Made by a program: the position numbers and the translations under genes
In this document: one piece after another, positions 57,952 to 64,000 of the stretch
Position numbering within the stretch: the stretch's first letter is position 1
How the letters are laid out: the number at the start of each line of letters is the position of its first letter
Notes under the pieces: model-generated
What the model was told of the DNA's origin: nothing
Database searches by the model: none
Seen by the model: the letters and a program-made list of their open reading frames with translations, nothing else
Source: Candidatus Versatilivorator sp.
Lineage (GTDB): Bacteria > Acidobacteriota > Terriglobia > Versatilivoradales > Versatilivoraceae
DNA length: 64,000 nucleotides
Reading direction: 5' to 3'
Assembly (NCBI GenBank): GCA_965207735.1
Contig: OZ242296.1
Location: 2,848,001 to 2,912,000 of the forward strand

Positions 57952-58779
57952 ATGCTTCACGATAGGCGATCCGCGCTGTCAAACTATGTCAGTGGGTTGC
58001 TCTCCGCGGGCCGTACGGTGTTCACCGCCGAGGAAGCCGAGCAGGCGCTCGGCGTCGGACGGGGTGCGTTTCTGGATGCGGCCGAGCGGCTGCAGCGCCG
58101 CAAGGTATTGTTGAGCCCGCGACGGGGCTTCTATGTAGTTGTCCCGCCGCAACATGCTTCCTGGGGGGCCCCACCGCCCGCTTGGTACATCGACGCCCTC
58201 ATGCGCCATGAGGGCCAAAGCTACTACGTCGGGCTCCTCAAAGCCGCGGAGTTGCACGGTGCGACCCACCAGGCTGTCATGGAGTTCCAGGTCATTTCGG
58301 CCAAGCGCCTTCCACAGATCCGCGCGGGCCGCAATCTGATCGTCTTCTACTTCCGCAAAAATGTGGAAACGGTGACGGCAGGCACCGAGGAACGCAAGAC
58401 GGATACCGGCACGATGAGGATCTCCTCGGCTGCGCTGACGGCTCTCGATCTGTTGCGTTACCCGCAGGCGTCCGGCGGCATCGATAACGTCGCCACGGTT
58501 CTTTCAGATTTCGAACACAAGATCGATCCCGAGCAACTCGCCACGCTTTCGGTGTTGGTGGAGCGGCCGGTCGTGCAGCGTCTAGGGTACCTGCTGGAGC
58601 GTTTTGGCCACGACGCCCTGACGGGATCCATGCTGGAGTCGTTGCAGGCGCGAGGATCACTGCCCTGGACCGAGCTCGACCGGCAGGAGGTACGAGATCC
58701 GGACTTCGAGTCCCAACCGCAGCAGCGCGATCCCCGATGGCGCGTCATTGTCCGGCGCGTACCGGAGCCCGACGGATGA
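57952..58779 (+). CDS. abiEi: Type IV TA / AbiE antitoxin
   Basis: RRGFYVVVPP, YYVGLLKAAELHGATHQAVMEFQV, TALDLLRY; ATGA-coupled to toxin. Confidence 0.85.
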   Translation: MLHDRRSALSNYVSGLLSAGRTVFTAEEAEQALGVGRGAFLDAAERLQRRKVLLSPRRGFYVVVPPQHASWGAPPPAWYIDALMRHEGQSYYVGLLKAAELHGATHQAVMEFQVISAKRLPQIRAGRNLIVFYFRKNVETVTAGTEERKTDTGTMRISSAALTALDLLRYPQASGGIDNVATVLSDFEHKIDPEQLATLSVLVERPVVQRLGYLLERFGHDALTGSMLESLQARGSLPWTELDRQEVRDPDFESQPQQRDPRWRVIVRRVPEPDG

Positions 58780-59639
58780 TCCCCGCACAGAACATCGTCG
58801 CATGGGGCAATCTCGTTCCCTGGACGGAACCGCGACAGATCGAGCAGGACCTCATCATCAGCCGTGCTCTGGTTGAGATCTTCTCGGACCCAATGCTGCG
58901 CGGAGCGCTGCGGTTTCGTGGCGGAACGGCACTCAACAAGCTGCATTTCCCGGCGCCGCTGCGTTATTCGGAGGACATCGATCTTGTCCGTACTTCGCAC
59001 GGTCCGATTGGTCCACTCCTCGACCAGTTGCGTGTCGTTCTGGAGCCGTGGCTGGGGCGGGCACAGTTCGACCACAGCCCTGTCGCGCCGAAGTTCCGCT
59101 TCGGAGTCGAGGCTGAGGATGGCAGCGGCGTGCCGATCCGGCTGAAGATCGAGATCAACACCCGTGAGGTCGAGGCCTTCGACGCGCCGACGGCGTTGCC
59201 GCTTGAGGTCGCGAATCCGTGGTTCTGTGGCAGGACGGCCATTTCTACGTTCTCGCGGGAGGAAATGCTGGCGACCAAGCTGCGGGCGTTGTTGCAGCGG
59301 AACAAGGGGCGCGATCTCTACGACCTTGCGCACGCGCTCGAGGTCTTCGAGGGCCTCGATACCGACCGTATCGTCGAGATGTTCGAGCAGTACCTTGCCC
59401 TTTCCGGCCAGACCATCTCGCGGGCGCAGGCCCAGAACCGCATGTTCGTGAAGTTGGCCAAGCCCCGCTTCTTGCACGATGTCCGCCCCTTGCTGCCGGC
59501 CGCTCGGGCGGAGACTCTGACTGAGGAGTCGACAGCAGAGGTGTTTCGCAGGGTGTTCATGACCCTTGTCGATCGGCTTCCCGGCGAGCCTTGGGGGAGG
59601 ACGGCGGCGATGAAGCAGAGGTTCGGTATCTCGTGGTGA
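58776..59639 (+). CDS. abiEii: AbiEii/AbiGii nucleotidyltransferase toxin
   Basis: QIEQDLIISRAL, FRGGTALNK, RYSEDIDL, TKLRALLQRNKGRDLYDL. Confidence 0.9.
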   Translation: MIPAQNIVAWGNLVPWTEPRQIEQDLIISRALVEIFSDPMLRGALRFRGGTALNKLHFPAPLRYSEDIDLVRTSHGPIGPLLDQLRVVLEPWLGRAQFDHSPVAPKFRFGVEAEDGSGVPIRLKIEINTREVEAFDAPTALPLEVANPWFCGRTAISTFSREEMLATKLRALLQRNKGRDLYDLAHALEVFEGLDTDRIVEMFEQYLALSGQTISRAQAQNRMFVKLAKPRFLHDVRPLLPAARAETLTEESTAEVFRRVFMTLVDRLPGEPWGRTAAMKQRFGISW

Positions 59640-59699
59640 GAGAAATACAATGGCTACGATTGGTACGGGGTTCACGTGACGCGGACCCGCGGGTGGCAG

Positions 59700-59943
59700 C
59701 GGTCGGGATGCTAACGTGTGCCAGTCGGATGCCGTGCCCCAGATGGTAGCCTATTCTATGATTCCAATCTTCCGGCACACATCCAGCACCGGAGTGCCCA
59801 CCTCGGTTCGCTGCAGGGCAAAGGCAATTTGTCGCTCAGCGAATCGCGATTTCTGCATCGGCACATCCACCTGCGCTTCCGAGAATCTACCGGATCCCTG
59901 ACATCAAAGTCGGTCGATTTCTCCCGAATCAGACCGCACCTCA
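59700..59943 (-). pseudogene. IS3-family left end with degenerate orfA
   Basis: TG-starting end at 59943; MQKSRFAERQIAFALQRTEVGTPVLDVCRKIGI from 59858, then stop. Confidence 0.7.
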
Positions 59944-59966
59944 ATCCATGCAAGTAATCGATTTGC

Positions 59967-60042
<76 letters not shown>

Positions 60043-60387
60043 ACAAGTTACCCGGGAGGGATTGGGTATGGAGGGCGTTCTGACGGTCGTGCCATGCGTA
60101 ACCGTTCTCGTCACAACTTCGGGTGAATGTTTCCGGCAGCCGAAAGCCTGACTCCGAACCACTTTCGAATTCTTTCACCCGCCCGACTTCTGACCGGGCA
60201 TCCCTACGAGCATCAGCCTCACCTGCTTCCGAGATTGCCCGATGCTTCAGGTTGCCACGTCTGAGCCTGCTCAAATTAGCACGACCAGCAAGCGATTGTA
60301 AACGACTTGCCGCCCATCTGGACAGGCCCTCTCGCCTGGGTTAGAGTGACAGGCCACTGACGTCCCCTTGACCTCTCCGCCGACGGG

Positions 60388-61644
60388 GTGCCCTTGCAAG
60401 GAAAGAGCCTCCTTTTCACTGCCGGGGTCCTGGCTGCAACCCTGCTGCTGGGGTTGTGGCTCCACTCGACCCGAACCCTCCAGGCCCCGGCGGACCACCG
60501 GGTCCATCTGCGCCTGGCTGCGCTCTACACCAGCCAGGCGATGGAGAACTACCAGGACCTGGTGGACGACTTCAACCGGCGGAATCCGGACGTGCTGGTG
60601 GAGTTGCAGGGCGTTCCCGGAAGCTACTACGACAAGCTGCTGGTGATGTTTGCCGGGCGCACCGCACCCGACGTGATGTGGATGGGCAAGGGAATGGCCC
60701 AGTTCGCCTCGCGGGGCGCCTTTCTGGACGTGGAGGACGAGTTCCGGATCCCCCCGGGCGACTTCTACGAGTCGGTCCTGGACTGCTACCGTTTCAACGG
60801 CCGCCTGATGGGGTTTCCCCTGGGGGCCGATTTTGCCGTTATTGTCTACAATCTGGACCTGTTCGAGCAGGCCGGCCTGCCGCCACCCGCTCCGGACTGG
60901 ACCCTGGAGGATTTCCGGCAGGCGGCCAGGAAGCTGACGGTTCGCGAGGGAGGCCAGGTCCGGCAGTGGGGCTTTTACGGTGAGATCGATCCGGGAGTCT
61001 TCGGGGCCGAGTACCTCAGTCCCGACATGTCGGAGGAACGCATCGACCGGCCGGGGTGGAGGAGCTACCTCGACTTTCACCTGAAGCTGATCTTCGAGGA
61101 CGGTTCCATGCCCTCCCGCCTGGAGATCCCGGGAGCCGGAATCCTGACCAGGCGTCAGGCCTTCTACCGGGGGCAGGCGGCCATGATCTCCGACGGATTC
61201 CACTTCCGGACCATGCGGGAAGAGATTTCGGATTTCCGCTGGGACATTGCGCCCGTGCCCTTGGGGGCTCAACGGGCCTGCGCTTCCAGCACCCAGGGCT
61301 TTGCCGTCTCCCGCCACACCCCCCACCGAGCCGAGGCGGTGCGCCTGCTCAAGTACCTGGTGGCTCCCGAGAGTCAGCGGAGCCTGGGGGGCATTCTGGT
61401 TCCCTCCCATCGGGAAACCGCCCGCCAGGTGATCGAAGACATGCTCAGCCCGCCGCACAACCGCCAGGTCATCCTGGACAGCATGGAGACCCTCAACCCC
61501 TTTCCCCGACATCCCAAGATCAACGAGCTGCAGCAGGCTCTGGCAGAGACCACGCGGCTGGTCCTGACCCGACAGCAGAGCCCCGAGGCCGGGCTGCGGG
61601 AGTGCGCCCGGCAGTTCCGGGAGATCCTGGGGAGGACCCACTGA
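60388..61644 (+). CDS. Sugar ABC transporter substrate-binding protein
   Basis: F.RRNPDV.V, APDV, VYNLDLFEQAGL..P..DWT, WDIAPVP. Confidence 0.9.
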   Translation: MPLQGKSLLFTAGVLAATLLLGLWLHSTRTLQAPADHRVHLRLAALYTSQAMENYQDLVDDFNRRNPDVLVELQGVPGSYYDKLLVMFAGRTAPDVMWMGKGMAQFASRGAFLDVEDEFRIPPGDFYESVLDCYRFNGRLMGFPLGADFAVIVYNLDLFEQAGLPPPAPDWTLEDFRQAARKLTVREGGQVRQWGFYGEIDPGVFGAEYLSPDMSEERIDRPGWRSYLDFHLKLIFEDGSMPSRLEIPGAGILTRRQAFYRGQAAMISDGFHFRTMREEISDFRWDIAPVPLGAQRACASSTQGFAVSRHTPHRAEAVRLLKYLVAPESQRSLGGILVPSHRETARQVIEDMLSPPHNRQVILDSMETLNPFPRHPKINELQQALAETTRLVLTRQQSPEAGLRECARQFREILGRTH

Positions 61645-62567
61645 TGAGATCGCGGGCCCTCGGCATCGCCGCCCTGTTCCTGCTGCCCAACCTGCTGGGG
61701 TTTCTGGCCTTCACCCTCTTTCCGGTGGTGGCTTCCTTCGCCTTGAGCTTTTGCCGCTGGGACCCGGTGGCCGAGGCGGTCAGCGCCATAGAACCGGTCG
61801 GACTCCGCAACTACCTGGACCTGCTCGGCTTCCACGGCCGGACCGACCCCGGGGGGCAGACTGCCTGGGCCGCCAACACCCCCCGCTTCTGGGAATCGCT
61901 CTACAACACCGTCTTCATGATGCTGGCCATCCCCTTCAATATGGCGGCCTCGCTGCTGCTGGCGGTCCTGCTGAACCGGAAGATGCGGGGCATGGCGATC
62001 TTTCGCACCGCCTTCTTTCTGCCCTCCATCACCGCGGGAGTAGGCACCATGCTCCTCTGGATGTGGATGTTCAACAAGGACATGGGCAGCATCAACCAGG
62101 TGCTGGCCTGGGTGGGCATCCAGGGGCCCGACTGGCTGCAGAGCTACTTCTGGGCCAAGCCGGCCCTGATGCTGATGGCGAGTTGGGCCAGCATCGGCGG
62201 CGTCAACATGATCCTCTACCTGGCCGGGCTGCAGCAGATCCCCCGGGAGCTGCACGAGGCGGCCGCCCTGGACGGCGCCGGCCGCTGGCGGCAGCTGCGC
62301 CACGTGACCGTGCCCATGCTCATGCCGGTGACTTTCTTCATCTTCATCATCTCCATCATCTCCGGCCTGGAAGGGGGGTTCGACGCCCCCTACGTCATGA
62401 CCGGCGGCAGCTTCGGGACCACCACCGTCAGCCTCTACCTCTACCGGCAGGGGTTCGAGTTCTTTCGCATGGGCTACGCTTCCGCGGTGGCCTGGGTCCT
62501 CTTTCTGATTGTCTTCCTGTTGACCATGATCAACTGGCGCCTGGCCGAGAAACGGGTGGAGTACTGA
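61644..62567 (+). CDS. Sugar ABC transporter permease
   Basis: EAAALDGA (EAA loop), MGYASA; TGATG coupling. Confidence 0.92.
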   Translation: MRSRALGIAALFLLPNLLGFLAFTLFPVVASFALSFCRWDPVAEAVSAIEPVGLRNYLDLLGFHGRTDPGGQTAWAANTPRFWESLYNTVFMMLAIPFNMAASLLLAVLLNRKMRGMAIFRTAFFLPSITAGVGTMLLWMWMFNKDMGSINQVLAWVGIQGPDWLQSYFWAKPALMLMASWASIGGVNMILYLAGLQQIPRELHEAAALDGAGRWRQLRHVTVPMLMPVTFFIFIISIISGLEGGFDAPYVMTGGSFGTTTVSLYLYRQGFEFFRMGYASAVAWVLFLIVFLLTMINWRLAEKRVEY

Positions 62568-63472
62568 TGGGCAGCCAGTTCAACCGAAGTCGCCTGGTGG
62601 TTTTCGGCCTGCTTCTGGTGCTGGCCGCCTCCATGCTGTTCCCCTTCTACTGGATGGCGATCACCTCCCTGAAGGGGAAGGCGGACGTTTTCTCCACCGA
62701 GCCCAAGCTGCTTCCCGGAAGGCAACTGGCCGAACGGGTGGTGGACGATCCCCGCTGGTTCTTCCATGCCGGGACCGACAACTACAGCCAGTTGCTGGCC
62801 TGGCAGCGCCTGGTGGAATCCGGGCGCGGTCCGCGGGGCTTCAGCCGCTTCGTCCTCAATACGGTCTTCTTCGCCCTGGCCATCACCCTGGGTCAGGTGA
62901 TCACCAGCAGCCTGGCCGCCTTCGCCTTCGCCCGGCTCCGATTCCCCGGCCGCAAACAGATCTTCTTCTCTTACCTAGCCACCCTGATGATTCCCGCCAC
63001 GGTCACCATGATTCCGTCCTATATCCTGCTGCGGGAGCTGGGCTGGGTGAATACCTACCAGGCGGTCATCCTGCCCTCGATCTTCACCGCCTACGGCACC
63101 TTCATGCTGAGGCAGTTCTTCCTGACCATTCCCAGGGAGATCGAGGATGCCGCCCGCATTGACGGCTGCAGCCCGCTGGGCCTCTACTGGCGCATCGCCC
63201 TGCCGCTCTCCACCCCGGCACTGGCCGCCTTGTCCATCGTGGCTTTCGTGGGCTCCTGGAGAACCTTCATGTGGCCGCTGATCGTCAGCAGCTCGGAGGA
63301 TCTCTTCAATCTGCCCCTGGGGCTGACCCTTTTCCGGGGGATGTACACCGATCCGGACTGGCCCTTGCTGATGGCGGGGTCCATGGTCATGACCCTTCCC
63401 TTGATCCTGGTCTTCATCGCGGGCCAGCGCTACTTCGTGGAGGGCATCCGCCTGGGCGCCGTGAAGGGCTGA
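62567..63472 (+). CDS. Sugar ABC transporter permease
   Basis: AFAFARLRFPGR, EDAARIDG, FVEGI..GAVKG; TGATG coupling. Confidence 0.92.
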   Translation: MGSQFNRSRLVVFGLLLVLAASMLFPFYWMAITSLKGKADVFSTEPKLLPGRQLAERVVDDPRWFFHAGTDNYSQLLAWQRLVESGRGPRGFSRFVLNTVFFALAITLGQVITSSLAAFAFARLRFPGRKQIFFSYLATLMIPATVTMIPSYILLRELGWVNTYQAVILPSIFTAYGTFMLRQFFLTIPREIEDAARIDGCSPLGLYWRIALPLSTPALAALSIVAFVGSWRTFMWPLIVSSSEDLFNLPLGLTLFRGMYTDPDWPLLMAGSMVMTLPLILVFIAGQRYFVEGIRLGAVKG

Positions 63473-63494
63473 CCGCAATCCCCGACGAAAAACC

Positions 63495-64000
63495 ATGGCA
63501 GGCAGCAACCGACAGGACAGAGACCGCTGGTTGAGGCGCCGCCGCCAGTTGACCGGCCGCTACCGCCGGTGCCTGGGCATCGGCCCGGAGCGGTGCGACC
63601 TTCAGGCCGAGATCGTCCAGGAGGCGTCCGGGAAGGATTGCGTGGCCCAGTGGCTGCGGTTCTCCAGCGAGCCCGGCGAGCGCGTCCCGGGCCTGCTGGT
63701 CCGGCCGGCGGGCGCCCGCAAGCCGCCGCCGTTGATCCTGGTGCTTCCGGGGGGACATCGAACCAAGGACCTGGCGATCTTCGGCCACGAGCAGTGGCCG
63801 CTGCCCTTCGCCGTCGAGTCTCCCCACCATCGGTTTCCGGTGGAGAAGCTGGGTAACTACGAGCCCCTTCCCCTCACCAGGCTCCTCGCTCAGGGGTTTG
63901 CCCTCATGAGCATCGACTGCCGCGTCTTCGGAGCCCGGGCCGGCCCGCGCCCGGACAGCGCCGCCGACCGGGCCGCCTTCACCGCGGCTTCCCACTCCCA
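63495..64000 (+). CDS. Alpha/beta hydrolase (acetylxylan esterase/dienelactone hydrolase-like), runs off window
   Basis: Own translation: FSSEPGERVPGLLVRP...PLILVLPGG...LAQGFALMSIDCRVFGAR; no stop before window end. Confidence 0.7.
   Translation, partial: MAGSNRQDRDRWLRRRRQLTGRYRRCLGIGPERCDLQAEIVQEASGKDCVAQWLRFSSEPGERVPGLLVRPAGARKPPPLILVLPGGHRTKDLAIFGHEQWPLPFAVESPHHRFPVEKLGNYEPLPLTRLLAQGFALMSIDCRVFGARAGPRPDSAADRAAFTAASHS

Overview
GC-rich bacterial window; gene content suggests an Acidobacteriota-like, possibly sponge-associated host (inference from the ankyrin/LRR proteins, PQQ dehydrogenase plus cytochrome c, PhyH and REP families). Metabolic genes alternate with dense accessory DNA. (1) Two near-identical 1,995-bp group II introns (3096-5090, 50349-52343) sit at translation signals: one between an RBS and its ATG, the other just before a stop codon. 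(2) A ~14.8-kb tyrosine-integrase island (21044-35821) appears to have split a REP palindrome. It carries four copies (one partial) of a structured non-coding module, an uncharacterised wHTH-like gene, an ankyrin protein, a GT-C-like membrane protein and galE. (3) A translationally coupled four-gene putative anti-phage operon (DPLG-motif protein, PLD nuclease, SF2 helicase with YbjN-like tail, YbjN-like protein; 40427-47771) lies between broken toxin-antitoxin modules. (4) An IS1634 is nested in an IS1182, with AbiE and IS remnants next to tRNA-Lys(CTT). Also present are a RecQ-UvrD fusion helicase, a Cache-Cache-SBP fusion and duplicated Tat-signal aldo-keto reductases. No CRISPR array or rRNA was seen. 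All calls are by eye; no database searches were run.
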